The position numbers were made by a program, and so were the translations under genes. Below the pieces are notes generated by a model. The model did not search any database and was not told the origin of the DNA. It saw only the letters and a program-made list of their open reading frames with translations. A DNA stretch of 64,000 bases from a virus. Below, piece after piece: positions 36,080-46,167 of the stretch. Where the stretch lies: IMG/VR virus record IMGVR_UViG_3300012921_000081, positions 1,206 to 65,205 of that record; one strand, 5' to 3'. Positions within the stretch are counted from its first letter, which is position 1. Every line of letters begins with the position of its first letter.

Positions 36080-36892
36080 TCAGGATTTCGCACGCTGCCG
36101 CGCGAGCGCGTCGAGGATCATCTGTGCCAGCAGTTCCGGTTTGCCCGCGATCTGGCCATACCGCACCGACGCCTCCCAGTGCGGCTTGGGCGCGCACCCG
36201 TGCCAGAGTGTCGGCCCGTCGGTGACAAGGCCGATGGTGGGAGTCAGTGTCGCGGCGGTCAGGTGCAGAGGTGCCGAGTCGATCGACACAACGAGCGCCG
36301 CTCGCTCCATCAAACCGCAAAGGTCCTGGATGCGTTCGGCCGCGAACGGCCCTACACCCACGGGATTGATGCGGTCGCCGATCAGGCATGCGGCATCGTG
36401 CATGGTTTTTGAGAGCTCAGGCGCCGGCGATGACGTTCCCTCGGTGAAGAAGAGCACCGTGGGATCTGACGGCGAGACGCCGACCACCGTGCGCTCTGCG
36501 AGTTGTCGCTCCCGCTCCAGATTGCGGCGGTCAAGCACCAGCGGGAAGGATCCCCAGGCGAACTTCTCGTTGTTGTCGACGGCAAGGCGCCACGAGTCCA
36601 GGCAGAATGAGCCGCACTTGCGGTCGGTGTTGTTGTCGCCGTACACCTGAGTGACGTGGACCTGGTCAGCCAAGCCGCTTGCGATCTCGACGGCGGTGCT
36701 GACCTTGGTGAGCGGGACATCAACGGCATGCACGTCGGCGTAAGACACGGCCTCAAAGAGGGACGCGTACTCGCGGCGCGTGACGACGATCGGATTTTCT
36801 CCAAACTCCCGCTGTGTCGCCCAGGCGAGCGGGAGCATGTTCAGGATGTCGCCGAACCGGCCGAGCTGAACGAATGCGTGCTTGCGCTTCAT
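36080..36892 (-). CDS. Glycosyltransferase family 9 (heptosyltransferase-like)
   Basis: QLGRFGDILNMLP and LCGLMERAALVVSIDSAPLHLTAA..TPTIGL. Confidence 0.85.
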   Translation of the reverse strand: MKRKHAFVQLGRFGDILNMLPLAWATQREFGENPIVVTRREYASLFEAVSYADVHAVDVPLTKVSTAVEIASGLADQVHVTQVYGDNNTDRKCGSFCLDSWRLAVDNNEKFAWGSFPLVLDRRNLERERQLAERTVVGVSPSDPTVLFFTEGTSSPAPELSKTMHDAACLIGDRINPVGVGPFAAERIQDLCGLMERAALVVSIDSAPLHLTAATLTPTIGLVTDGPTLWHGCAPKPHWEASVRYGQIAGKPELLAQMILDALARQRAKS

Positions 36893-37623
36893 CGGTTGGC
36901 TCCCATCGTGGCCGGCGTTTCACCGAAGAGGTATGGTGGGTTGACGTTGATGTATTCCCGTAGCCCCTGCGCCTCGGCCCAGGCGTACGCCACGGTTCGG
37001 TTGTGGACTTGGCACGGGTGGGTAAGGATGCTCTCCTCCCAGCGCGGACGATGCCGCTGGTGATACAGCACCGGTGGGAACGCACCTGCGTCAAACCCGG
37101 AGCGGAGCATCAAGACCTTGAGGACGAAGTCCCACCCTTCGAACCCGACGTGCAGGTTGGGGATCAACTCCAGGTTGTGATGCCACCACTCCCGCGTGAA
37201 TGCGAACAGGTCGGCGCCGCAGTAGGTGCCAAACCGGGGGAGATCCGAAAGCCGAAGCGGCGTGAACGCCTGCACGTCCACCCTCGGGGAGAAGTAGCAC
37301 CCGAACTTCTGCACCGCGGCTCTGATCACCGAGCCGGCCTCAATCACCGGAGCGACGTCGACGTTGGCGTAGACGATGATGTCGTCAGGCAATGACCTGC
37401 TGACTTGCTCGGCGCAGTTGAGGACATCTGCGATGAACGGAGGCTTTCCGTCCGGCGTGTTGGCACCCGCGTCCAGGCCCAAGTCCCAAAGGGCGACAGA
37501 GGTATCGTGCTGGGTCAGCCGCATTCGCTGGTTGTCAGCGAACGCGAAGCGCTCAGACTCGTCTTGGTCGCGCGGGGTGTAGCCGGCGATGCAGTAACGG
37601 ATCTCGCGGATCTGGTGGGGCAT
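36889..37623 (-). CDS. Putative GT-A-like nucleotide-sugar transferase
   Basis: IVYANVDV, RVDV, GADLFAFTREWW, GWDF, LYHQRH. Confidence 0.55.
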   Translation of the reverse strand: MPHQIREIRYCIAGYTPRDQDESERFAFADNQRMRLTQHDTSVALWDLGLDAGANTPDGKPPFIADVLNCAEQVSRSLPDDIIVYANVDVAPVIEAGSVIRAAVQKFGCYFSPRVDVQAFTPLRLSDLPRFGTYCGADLFAFTREWWHHNLELIPNLHVGFEGWDFVLKVLMLRSGFDAGAFPPVLYHQRHRPRWEESILTHPCQVHNRTVAYAWAEAQGLREYINVNPPYLFGETPATMGANR

Positions 37624-37804
37624 TGAGGGGCTCCAGGGTTTGCGTGGCGGCGAGCAGACGCGCCGCAGAATCGATGTGTTGTTCGGCCCGCTTGATCAGT
37701 CGATGCGCGGCGTCGAAGTGCCATCGACGCGACGCATCCTCGGCGTCATCCAGCAGCGACTGGGCCCGCTCGAGCAATCGCTCAAGGTCGCTGCCGGCGT
37801 CCAT
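37553..37804 (-). CDS. Small helical hypothetical protein
   Basis: GGAG RBS; helical ORF; overlaps the next gene by 71 nt. Confidence 0.5.
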   Translation of the reverse strand: MDAGSDLERLLERAQSLLDDAEDASRRWHFDAAHRLIKRAEQHIDSAARLLAATQTLEPLNAPPDPRDPLLHRRLHPARPRRV

Positions 37805-37807
37805 GGC

Positions 37808-38557
37808 TCATCTCCGGGTGCAGACCCAGTCCCATTGGCGGTCGTCGTAGCGGTAGTACTCGCGGACCTGATACCCGGGCAGGCGAGAGAGGATGTCCTC
37901 GGCACGCCAGCCGCCCTGATAAGCGAGCATGGGGAGATTCACTTCGACCAGCACCGTCGGGGAGTCACGCTCGATGACTCCGCGAGCTCCGTCCAGGACG
38001 CATGGCTCCATTCCCTCCGCGTCGATCTTGATGAGGCGGATGGGTTCCTTCGCAGGAAGAATGATGTCATCGATTCGGAAGGTCGAAATGTCGCCCTCGC
38101 CCGGCTTGGTCACGGGCATGCAGAATCGGGCGCCCATGTTCCCGCCCTTGCCATCGCTGAGGGTGACGTAACGGCCGTCGCCGGCGGGATGATCGACGAA
38201 ACACCAGTGGCCGTTCTCGACGAAGGATCTGAAGTTGATTCGGAAGCAAGCGGCGGCGTCGGCCTGTGGCTCGAACGCGAGGACGCGAGCGCCGCGTTCC
38301 TGGAAGTGAGCTGCGGTATCACCGATGAACGCACCGACGTCGATGACGCGGTCGCCTGCGTTCAGCGCTTGGACTTCGGGCAGGCTCCCGATGCGGTAAT
38401 TCCAGGCGAGCTTCCCCGCGCGGATGCACTCTGGCGTTGTCGCGATGTCATCGCGGAGCGCGTAGTTTTCGGTGCCGGGGATCCGCACGAATGCGGACGC
38501 GTTCACGTCGGTGTCTTTCTGAGGTTCGATCGCGGTAGAGGGAGGGGCTTGGTTCAT
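37808..38557 (-). CDS. FkbM-family SAM methyltransferase
   Basis: VIDVGAFIGD, VLAFEPQ, LIKIDAEGME..VLDGA. Confidence 0.92.
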   Translation of the reverse strand: MNQAPPSTAIEPQKDTDVNASAFVRIPGTENYALRDDIATTPECIRAGKLAWNYRIGSLPEVQALNAGDRVIDVGAFIGDTAAHFQERGARVLAFEPQADAAACFRINFRSFVENGHWCFVDHPAGDGRYVTLSDGKGGNMGARFCMPVTKPGEGDISTFRIDDIILPAKEPIRLIKIDAEGMEPCVLDGARGVIERDSPTVLVEVNLPMLAYQGGWRAEDILSRLPGYQVREYYRYDDRQWDWVCTRR

Positions 38558-38581
38558 GTCGAACCCTACCCGTTGGTGTCG

Positions 38582-40198
38582 TCACTCCCCGCCGCCGATC
38601 CAACGAGCGGCCCGCATGCGCGGCTGCTTGCGCATCTGCCAGGCGATCGCCCACTTCATGACGCGGTCATCGTGCGACCCAGCGTCGGCCGCGTACTTGC
38701 CAGCGGACTGCCGGTTAAAGGTGAGCATCTCGCGGAGGAGGCCTCGATCGCGGACGGTCATCCCTCGCTCGCCATCAAGCGGAAAGCATGCGTTCGACAG
38801 ATCGTTGATCAGTACCGGACGAGATACCGGATCGGTGACCCATCCGGCGCTGCCTCGTTCGTAGTAGAGCTCGATTCCTTCGCGCACGTATCCGAGGTCC
38901 TGCACCTTCTGCAGAACCGCATGGCCGTGGTTGTTGCGTTCGACGCCGAGCAGAGCATCGTTGTACCGGCGGCACAGACGAACCGCGTGGTCTGCGAGTT
39001 CGCGGGGTGTGAAGCAACCGTGGATATCTGCCACCTGCTCACCCGTCGAATCGTTGATGATGCCAACGCCGTTCGGGTCGGATCCCGCAACGCCTTCCGA
39101 GGTGTCGGCTCCAGCGGAATAGGTCTGACCAGGCTCCGGAGCGGCCCAGATCGTCTCGATTCCGCCGCCGGGGAGTTCGCGCACCGTCGCACCGGGGAAC
39201 GGATCGGGCAGAGCCTCGAGCAACGCGAGCACTCGAGCAACGGGGAAGTAGCTGGACCCCGTGACAAGGAAGCAGGATTCGTCGTCCTCGGGGTGTTCCT
39301 GGGCGAAGAGCGGTCCGAGGTCCGCGACCTTGCGGCGGCGCCATTTGATCTGGCTGGAGCTGAGGCGGTGCATCCGCACCAGGTCCGCCTCTCGCGAACT
39401 GAGCGATGAGAGGATCTGCTCAGCCTCGTCGGGCGCCACAGGGTCAGTATTCGTCGGATCGATAAACCACGGGAGGAAGATCGCGGTGAAGCTGTTGCCG
39501 CCATGCTTTGCCTCGATGTACTTCTCGCGGAAGAGTTCGGATCCGTTGGCCGTCGTCTCCAGGACCAGTTCGCCGTTCTCGGTGGCGTCCATCAATCCGG
39601 TGAGGAGTTCCCGCTGCTTGCCGATCTTCCCGGGCCCGGTGCATGAGTGTGCCACCTCCGACCAGTGGACCTTCTGGTATGTGCCGCCACGGCCGCCGGC
39701 CTTACTTCCGGCGGTCGAAAGCAGGAAGACGCTGTTGAGCGTTGGGTAGAGGAGCGTCTTGGACTTGCCCGTGCCCTCGCGCTCCGGCGCCGTGCCGTCG
39801 CTGCGATACATCAGCTCGACCATCTCGAAGATCTCGCGCGTCTTCGGGTCGGTCTGAGCGAGCGTCATGATCCGTTGATTGCGGCGGGTCACACTCAGCC
39901 AGTAAGAGTGGGCCTGCTCGCAAGTTGTGATGCCGCCCTGGCGATACTTGAGGACCAGATACCAGGGCTTCTTTCCCGCCCCAACCGCCGCGGCCTTCTG
40001 GGCGAGGTAGTGTCGTTGAACCGGGTTGAATGCAAGCTTCACCAATCGCGGAGGCGAACCCTTGGTCTTGATCGTGATGCGCTCGGCAGCGAACCGTTCG
40101 AACGGCGTGCCCATGTCGGCGGCATCGAGCGCCGTGAAGGTCCGCCGCAGTGCTGCGAACATCAGCTGCACGTTCCGCGCTTCCTCGGGAGTGCGCAT
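38582..40198 (-). CDS. terL: Terminase large subunit
   Basis: LVLKYRQGGITT (Walker A-like), HWSEVAH (Walker B), ETTANG, GADTSEG, GVERNNHG, HDDRVM; TGATG coupling with terS. Confidence 0.92.
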   Translation of the reverse strand: MRTPEEARNVQLMFAALRRTFTALDAADMGTPFERFAAERITIKTKGSPPRLVKLAFNPVQRHYLAQKAAAVGAGKKPWYLVLKYRQGGITTCEQAHSYWLSVTRRNQRIMTLAQTDPKTREIFEMVELMYRSDGTAPEREGTGKSKTLLYPTLNSVFLLSTAGSKAGGRGGTYQKVHWSEVAHSCTGPGKIGKQRELLTGLMDATENGELVLETTANGSELFREKYIEAKHGGNSFTAIFLPWFIDPTNTDPVAPDEAEQILSSLSSREADLVRMHRLSSSQIKWRRRKVADLGPLFAQEHPEDDESCFLVTGSSYFPVARVLALLEALPDPFPGATVRELPGGGIETIWAAPEPGQTYSAGADTSEGVAGSDPNGVGIINDSTGEQVADIHGCFTPRELADHAVRLCRRYNDALLGVERNNHGHAVLQKVQDLGYVREGIELYYERGSAGWVTDPVSRPVLINDLSNACFPLDGERGMTVRDRGLLREMLTFNRQSAGKYAADAGSHDDRVMKWAIAWQMRKQPRMRAARWIGGGE

Positions 40199-40761
40199 CA
40201 CGGCTTGACCTCCGGCAACGCACCATGTTCCCGCATCCACCCCGCGAGCCACGCTTCCAGTTCGCGAAGGCACGCTTCTCGTTGGTCTTCAGGCAAGTAC
40301 TTCAGGACGATCGCACCGATCTGGGTACCGAACTCCTGGGCCTCCTGTCCGATCAAGCGCTGCCGTTCTTGCGGCCCGAACTTTGCCTCGATCCCGTAGA
40401 TGCGATCGAGCCGCTCCTGGGCCTTGATGCGGTCGCGCGGGTCGGCCTCGGCGTCACGGATGATTGACTCGTACAGGGCGATGGCCTGGCACCGCTCCTC
40501 ATCCGGGTCACGCGACTCGCGGTTGATGATGACCGCGCGGCCGAGGGTCAGGATCTGCTCGCGCTGCTTGCGGCCGATGGGATGCTTGAGCGCGGCCTCG
40601 ATCTCCGCGATGATCTGATGTTTGTGCTTTCGCCTGGCGAGGCCATCGGCCGCGATCGCGATTGCCTGATCGGTAACGGATGTGACCGGGCGGCCGCGCT
40701 TGGGTTTCACACCATCAGGCGACGGCGTGCCGCTTGCATCGGTGACACCCGGCGTGCTCAC
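40198..40761 (-). CDS. terS: Terminase small subunit (putative)
   Basis: Directly upstream of and coupled to terL; N-terminal HTH plus RIKAQERLDRIYGIE helix. Confidence 0.65.
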   Translation of the reverse strand: MSTPGVTDASGTPSPDGVKPKRGRPVTSVTDQAIAIAADGLARRKHKHQIIAEIEAALKHPIGRKQREQILTLGRAVIINRESRDPDEERCQAIALYESIIRDAEADPRDRIKAQERLDRIYGIEAKFGPQERQRLIGQEAQEFGTQIGAIVLKYLPEDQREACLRELEAWLAGWMREHGALPEVKP

Positions 40762-40861
40762 GGCATGTCCTCGACGTCGGCACGGGAACCCTCACGCGCA
40801 CGCGCGCGTGTCGAAAAGATCGGGCGAGGCATGTTAAGGCCGCTGACTATGCATTCCCCGA

Positions 40862-41149
40862 TCACGAGCCAGTACGGGTCCGGATCAACTCGGTGAGTTC
40901 CTCGGGAAGGGCGTCAATGATCTTGTTCAACGCGGTGCGTTGGATGCGCTCAAGCCGGCGATCATCGCCACCGAGGACCACGGCGAGTTGGTTCATGGTC
41001 ATGTGCTCGCCATTGCGCAGCAGGTCAAGGCAGTGGAGGACCGACAGGTCGGCATTCTTGCTGCCCTGCGGTGGCGGCGGTGCCGCCGCTCCCGGTTGAC
41101 GCTCGGGTGGGCGGCGACGTACAGCCTTCCTGGCTTTGGCCTTCCCCAT
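40862..41149 (-). CDS. Sigma-70 region 4-like HTH protein (late regulator?)
   Basis: MTMNQLAVVLGGDDRRLERIQRTALNKI pattern. Confidence 0.55.
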   Translation of the reverse strand: MGKAKARKAVRRRPPERQPGAAAPPPPQGSKNADLSVLHCLDLLRNGEHMTMNQLAVVLGGDDRRLERIQRTALNKIIDALPEELTELIRTRTGS

Positions 41150-41239
41150 GAACGTGACTCCGCATGATCCTGTGCGCATACCAGGAAATATACCGCATAC
41201 GGATCGGCGGATGAGTCAAGTTTGCTCCAGTGGGCCGGA

Positions 41240-41704
41240 TCAATAGTCACGTCTGACGTGCGTTCCGGGCTTGGGTTTGCCCGCGATCGGCAGCGAACCG
41301 AGGCTTTGAAGGGTCTTCACTGCCTCGATGAGGAGCATTGCGGCCTGTTTCTCGGTCTCGATCTTGGCCGCAGCGGAGACGCCTCGACCCCGAGCGTGGA
41401 CCCGCATGCGCTCCGCGCCGCGCTGAGCGGCGGTGAGGATGTCTCCGGCGAGGATGGCGACATCGTTGGCGCTTGCCCGCAACGCTCGCCGCTCGCGGAC
41501 GTGAAGGTAAGCCTTGTCGAGCTTCGTGTCCGTGATCTGGAGCTGCTTGGTGATCTCGGGCCGCGACATCCCTTCGATGAGGAGGTGGTCGACCAGACGG
41601 CCGAGGTCATCATCGGAGATCTCGGATCCGCGGAGCTTTCCGGCGGCGGTGAGGGAAAGCATTTCCGCGATGTCGCGCGGCTCGGGTTGTGGTTGCTTGG
41701 CCAT
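41240..41704 (-). CDS. HTH-containing hypothetical protein
   Basis: LLIEGMSRPEITKQLQIT...; upstream of the terminase operon. Confidence 0.6.
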   Translation of the reverse strand: MAKQPQPEPRDIAEMLSLTAAGKLRGSEISDDDLGRLVDHLLIEGMSRPEITKQLQITDTKLDKAYLHVRERRALRASANDVAILAGDILTAAQRGAERMRVHARGRGVSAAAKIETEKQAAMLLIEAVKTLQSLGSLPIAGKPKPGTHVRRDY

Positions 41705-42026
41705 GCGGACGCCATCGGAGGGGGACCCGTGCGACTTCAGCGCCGCTCGGTTTCAAGGTTCAGCGCAGGTGGGTCCGCGCCGACGGTAACGACCAGGGCG
41801 AGCGTTGGCCGCGCGTGACGGGACGTTGAGAGATTCTGGACCCGTGGGCCGACCAGAGGACCGCAGCGCCGTGGCCGATCGTGGCGGGTCGCTGGCCCGG
41901 CCGTTTACCGGCCCTCATTCTTAGCACAAAAAACGTGTCTCTTTCGCTTGAAAAACGCTGGTTTTCGCGGATGTATGTGTCACCGGCAAACACACCGGCG
42001 ACAGAGAACCACACGGAGACACAGCG

Positions 42027-42284
42027 ATGATGATCAAGGCAATGACGATTCACGGGAAGCACGGGGACATCGAGATCACCCGGACCTTTAGCGGGGCTCT
42101 GGTGGTGAACGACCACGAGATCCTGTGCGAGATCGACCGGAGCGACACCAGAGAGGTGCGGTTTGCCAAGTCCCTCAACGCGGCGCGGTTTGTGTACGGG
42201 GCCAGCAAGACGCGCGAAGCGGATGCGACGAACTCAATGCTCGCGGCCTTCTGCGATGAGATTGATCGGGTTGCAGGATGCTGA
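42027..42284 (+). CDS. Hypothetical protein (plus-strand island)
   Basis: GGAG RBS; first gene of a divergent 4-gene block. Confidence 0.65.
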   Translation: MMIKAMTIHGKHGDIEITRTFSGALVVNDHEILCEIDRSDTREVRFAKSLNAARFVYGASKTREADATNSMLAAFCDEIDRVAGC

Positions 42285-42355
42285 GGCAGCCTCCCTTCCC
42301 TGAGAAGGGAGGGGACGGCTTTACCGCCCGCGCCGGGCGGCATGAGGAGTTCACC

Positions 42356-42709
42356 GTGAGAACCCAGCCAGTCGAGTTGCAGGACACCCAGCAGGATGAG
42401 GAAGCGATGGGAGAGGCCATCAAGACATTCGAGATCGAACGGATCACACCCCGCCAGGCACCGGGTCGGTGGGTCACCGGGACGATCGCGGGGCATTCCT
42501 TCGAGGCTTTGGTGTTCCGGGAGCATGCCGAGTCCGAGTCCTACGAGCTGGAGAAGAGCCGGATCTCCAAGTTGCAGCTGCGACAGATCCACGGCGACCA
42601 GATCGTCGCGGAGTTTGACCGGGGCTGGAGTACCGAGCCGAGCACCCCGGTCGCACGGCTGATCACGCGGATCTTCACGAAGGCATTGGCGCGGCTGGCT
42701 TACCCCTGA
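42356..42709 (+). CDS. Hypothetical protein
   Basis: GAGGAG RBS before GTG 42356; WVTGTIAGHSFEALVF.EH...SRISKL...FDRGW. Confidence 0.65.
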   Translation: MRTQPVELQDTQQDEEAMGEAIKTFEIERITPRQAPGRWVTGTIAGHSFEALVFREHAESESYELEKSRISKLQLRQIHGDQIVAEFDRGWSTEPSTPVARLITRIFTKALARLAYP

Positions 42710-42772
42710 CACCAGCGCCGGTGTCACCGACAGGTGACGCGCGGCGATTCCCCCCGAACCTAGGAGAAACCC

Positions 42773-43006
42773 ATGGCAGCCAAGACGACGAAATGGAAAG
42801 AGACGCGCGACAACCTCAAGCGAGCTGCGAGCGGTGGGGCGGCCGTCGACGCCTACGTGAAGCGGCGGTACCTGCCTGACGACGGCGACGCGCTCGACCT
42901 TGTGACCGAAGTGCTCCACTGGGTCGCGGCCCGAGGCGAGTCGCCAGAACGGTTGCTGAAGGACGCGAGGACTTGGTTCAACATCGAACGCGAAGGCCGC
43001 TGCTGA
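42773..43006 (+). CDS. Small hypothetical protein
   Basis: AGGAG RBS; 77 aa. Confidence 0.65.
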   Translation: MAAKTTKWKETRDNLKRAASGGAAVDAYVKRRYLPDDGDALDLVTEVLHWVAARGESPERLLKDARTWFNIEREGRC

Positions 43007-43083
43007 ACCGCGCTCGTATGGGCTTGACCGCCCGCCCGAGCGATTCCCCCGACCGATTGTGGCGGGGCATTTGGAGCAAGATC

Positions 43084-43866
43084 ATGTCGAAGTCCAAGAG
43101 CGGTTCGAAGAGTGGTTCGAAGGGCGGGTCTCTCGGCGGGTCCAAGGGCGGGAAGGGCGCGAGCAAGCCCAGCGGCAAGCATGCGGCCGGACGCCAGGCC
43201 GCGTCAGGGCCGACGGACAGTCTGACCCGCAAGGCGCGTGCGGAGATTGCAGAGCGTCTCAAGAAGCTGGACGCGGCCGAACAGGATGGTGAGTTGGTCG
43301 GCCAACGGGAGGATCCGCAAGCGACACTGCACGGCGACACGCCAGCGCCGGTGGACGCGCCGGTCGATGGACTTGAGAATGCACCCGATGCTTCACCTGC
43401 CACGCTTGGAATGACGGACGCGGCGGATGCGGCCGGTGAGAGCCAGCTGGTCGGTCCGGCGGAGAACGAACATCAACCCGCCGCGACGTCGCCGGATGCC
43501 CAGGCCGAACCGTTGGCGGCGGTCGGTACATCGGCTCCAGGAACGGAGGGTGAAGTTCCGGCGAGCGTCACTCCGCCGCAGGGTGGTGAGAAGCCCAAGC
43601 GGGTGCGCAAGCCCGCGGCTGAACCCAAGCCCAAGCGCGTGAGCCAGCTGGATGCCGCGGCACAGGTCCTGGCCGAGGCAGGGATTCCGATGGGTGCCAA
43701 GGCGATGGTCGCCGAGATGGAGGCCAAGGGATTGTGGAAGAGCCCCGGCGGTAAGACTCCCGATGCAACACTGAACGCCGCGATCATCCGCGAGATTGCC
43801 ACCAAGGGTGAAGCGTCCCGCTTTTCCAAACACGATCGCGGGTTGTACATCGCCAAGGCCCGCTGA
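43084..43866 (+). CDS. Protein with acidic disordered region and C-terminal winged HTH (HARE-HTH-like)
   Basis: [12 protein letters not shown]...[23 protein letters not shown]...RF...RGLY. Confidence 0.75.
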   Translation: MSKSKSGSKSGSKGGSLGGSKGGKGASKPSGKHAAGRQAASGPTDSLTRKARAEIAERLKKLDAAEQDGELVGQREDPQATLHGDTPAPVDAPVDGLENAPDASPATLGMTDAADAAGESQLVGPAENEHQPAATSPDAQAEPLAAVGTSAPGTEGEVPASVTPPQGGEKPKRVRKPAAEPKPKRVSQLDAAAQVLAEAGIPMGAKAMVAEMEAKGLWKSPGGKTPDATLNAAIIREIATKGEASRFSKHDRGLYIAKAR

Positions 43867-43948
43867 CCGGACTCGCGCGGCAAGAATGTACCGACGTACG
43901 GTACATCGGTACGTGATCACCTGCGACTACTGAACCAGTCAAGCCACT

Positions 43949-45295
43949 TCAGGCCCCGGCCACGATCGGGGCCTGTGGCACGCGGTAACGCTCAGCGACG
44001 TCGGGCGAAACGGCGTCCTCGCCAGCGAACGCGATGAAGCGACGGATGATGACATCGCAATATCGGGGGCTGATCTCCAGCCCGAAGCACCGGCGCCCTG
44101 ATCGTTGTGCAGCGATGAACTGCGTGCCCGACCCTGAGAAGGGTTCAAAGCAGATCTCGCCTGGGCGGGTGTGCTGCCGGATTGGGATCTCAAAGACTTC
44201 GATGGGTTTGGGCGTCGGATGATCCGGGCGCGACTTGCCTGCGGGGACGTCGAGTTCCCAGACCGTCGAGAGGTGCTCGCGCGTGATGCGTGAGGGCTTG
44301 TTGCCTGCCTTCCACCCCATCAGCGCGGGAATGTGCTGCTCGGGATACCACTCGGGCCGCTCGTCTTGCTGGGCGCCGACGAGGCACGGCTCGTGACCCC
44401 AGCCGTACCAGCTTCTGCCGAACACGGTCTTGTTCTTCACCCAGATGATCTGGCAGTGGGGGAGGAGCTTGTGCTTGCGGAACGTTGCCTCCAAGTGCGA
44501 ATGCCGGGAGCTTGCATACCAGACGTAGACCGCGGCGTTGTCGCGCGCTGCCTCGGCGAGTCCGGCACCGATGAACTTGTCGTAGAGTTCGCTGCCTGCA
44601 TCGGCATCATCCCATGTGATGCCATAAGACTCGCCCCAGCTGTGCCGACTTGGGTGGTTGGACCCGTCATAGCCAACGAGGTACGGCGGATCGGTGGCGA
44701 AGAGCGCAGCGCGTTGACCATCCATTAGCCTGCGTACGTGAGCCGGATCCGTGGAGTCGCCGCAGAGCAGCCGATGCTGCAGACCATCGTGCACACCGAG
44801 CGTGATGAGATCACCCGGCTGTGTGATCGGCGGCGTCTCGCGATCGATCTCCGCATCAACGTCGAAGGCTTCGTCGTTGCCTTTCCCCAGGACATCAGAC
44901 ACGAGCGACTGGGCCTCTGCGCGGGTGAAGCCGGTGGAGAGGAAATCAAAGTCAGGTGCTGAGTTGAACGAGTCGAGGAGCTCGGCCAGCTTCTGATCGT
45001 CCCAGCGGCCGGCGATCTTGTTGAGGGCGATGTTGAGTTTCTTCTCGGCGACATCGTCCAGGTCCACCACACTCGCGTCCGCGTGGGTGTCGCCGCGGTG
45101 CTTGAGCCAGGCGAGGCGTTGATGGCCGCCGACCAGATTGCCGGTGCGTTCATTCCAGATGAGTGGCTCGACCAGGCCGAACTCTTTGATCGATGCGCCG
45201 AGTGCATCCCATTCAGGATCACCCGGTTTGAGCTGCACGCGCGGGTTGTACGGAGCCGGGTTGATCTGGGTGATTGGAATGGAGCGGATGTTCAT
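43949..45295 (-). CDS. ParB/Srx-domain-fused N4C/N6A DNA methyltransferase (beta class)
   Basis: YNPRV..SIKEFGLVEPLIWN..VGGHQR (ParB), TDPPY, HPTPKP, EPFSGSGT. Confidence 0.92.
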   Translation of the reverse strand: MNIRSIPITQINPAPYNPRVQLKPGDPEWDALGASIKEFGLVEPLIWNERTGNLVGGHQRLAWLKHRGDTHADASVVDLDDVAEKKLNIALNKIAGRWDDQKLAELLDSFNSAPDFDFLSTGFTRAEAQSLVSDVLGKGNDEAFDVDAEIDRETPPITQPGDLITLGVHDGLQHRLLCGDSTDPAHVRRLMDGQRAALFATDPPYLVGYDGSNHPSRHSWGESYGITWDDADAGSELYDKFIGAGLAEAARDNAAVYVWYASSRHSHLEATFRKHKLLPHCQIIWVKNKTVFGRSWYGWGHEPCLVGAQQDERPEWYPEQHIPALMGWKAGNKPSRITREHLSTVWELDVPAGKSRPDHPTPKPIEVFEIPIRQHTRPGEICFEPFSGSGTQFIAAQRSGRRCFGLEISPRYCDVIIRRFIAFAGEDAVSPDVAERYRVPQAPIVAGA

Positions 45296-46167
45296 GCTGC
45301 ATTGTCGCCCGAGCCCTTCCGATTCCCCGGCCGCGCGGCAGACTTGCCCAAGCCCTGGGACCACGCGTCTGCGGGTTCGCCGCGTTCTGCCGGTGACTGA
45401 GCGAGCTCCCAGCGGATGAGTCCGCCGGTCTGATGGCGCCCATCCCACCACGCCATTGCGGGCGCGAGCCAGTGTTCGATGTACCCGCTCCCGGGAACGT
45501 GGCGCCGCGGGTAGGTGGTTGCGTCCTCGGCGCTGAGGCGATCGACCTTTCCGAGTCGCCAATCTCTGAGCGCGACCTCAAGCACGTCGGGCGTGAAGAT
45601 GAGGCGAGTCTCACCGTTGAGCCAGACCAGGACGCCGAGGATCCCAAAGTTCACCCAGTCCTGAACCAGGATCTCGAGCTGAGACTCCTTGACGCCGTGT
45701 TCCTTCTGCCCCTTGGCGCGGATGCGCAGGGCACGCTGGCGCTCGCCGTTGGACTTTGCCTCCATCTGGATGGGCACACTGACCGCGTGGCCGGCGACGA
45801 TGTATGGCACGCCTCCGTAGTAGTCGGGCTTCGCGCGGGAACTGAAGATCCTGACCATCCCGAAGTGACGCGGATCGGCGATGAGCCGATGAGGCGCGGG
45901 TTGAGTCGGAACCTCGGCCTTGTAGATCTGCGCCATCTGGCGCTGCTGGTAGTACTTGTGCGTCCACGCGAGCCATTGTTCAAAGGCCTTGCCGGCGCTG
46001 ATCGCCCGGCGGCCGCGTGCGGACTCGTCCCGCTTCGATGCCGCGGCTGGCGGCGAAGCAGGATCCGGAGCGACGGACGGCGGGGTCCGCGAAACAAATC
46101 GTCCTGCGACCTTCGAGTACCTGGCCAGAAAGTCATCTGCGTCCATCGGTTGTTGATCGCGCGTCAT
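45292..46167 (-). CDS. RecU-like Holliday junction resolvase
   Basis: GKAFE...Y...A.IYKAEVPT...KPDYYGG...MEAKS. Confidence 0.7.
   Translation of the reverse strand: MTRDQQPMDADDFLARYSKVAGRFVSRTPPSVAPDPASPPAAASKRDESARGRRAISAGKAFEQWLAWTHKYYQQRQMAQIYKAEVPTQPAPHRLIADPRHFGMVRIFSSRAKPDYYGGVPYIVAGHAVSVPIQMEAKSNGERQRALRIRAKGQKEHGVKESQLEILVQDWVNFGILGVLVWLNGETRLIFTPDVLEVALRDWRLGKVDRLSAEDATTYPRRHVPGSGYIEHWLAPAMAWWDGRHQTGGLIRWELAQSPAERGEPADAWSQGLGKSAARPGNRKGSGDNAA

Noticed and set aside
37640-39409. 589-aa plus-strand ORF
   Set aside because: Shadow of FkbM/terL; the same applies to 49692..51110 and 60472..62025.
42745-42756. 12-bp match CGATTCCCCCCG to the att core (11-bp variant near 43041)
   Set aside because: Short, C-run-driven match in GC-rich DNA with no flanking att similarity; probably chance or a local promoter motif.
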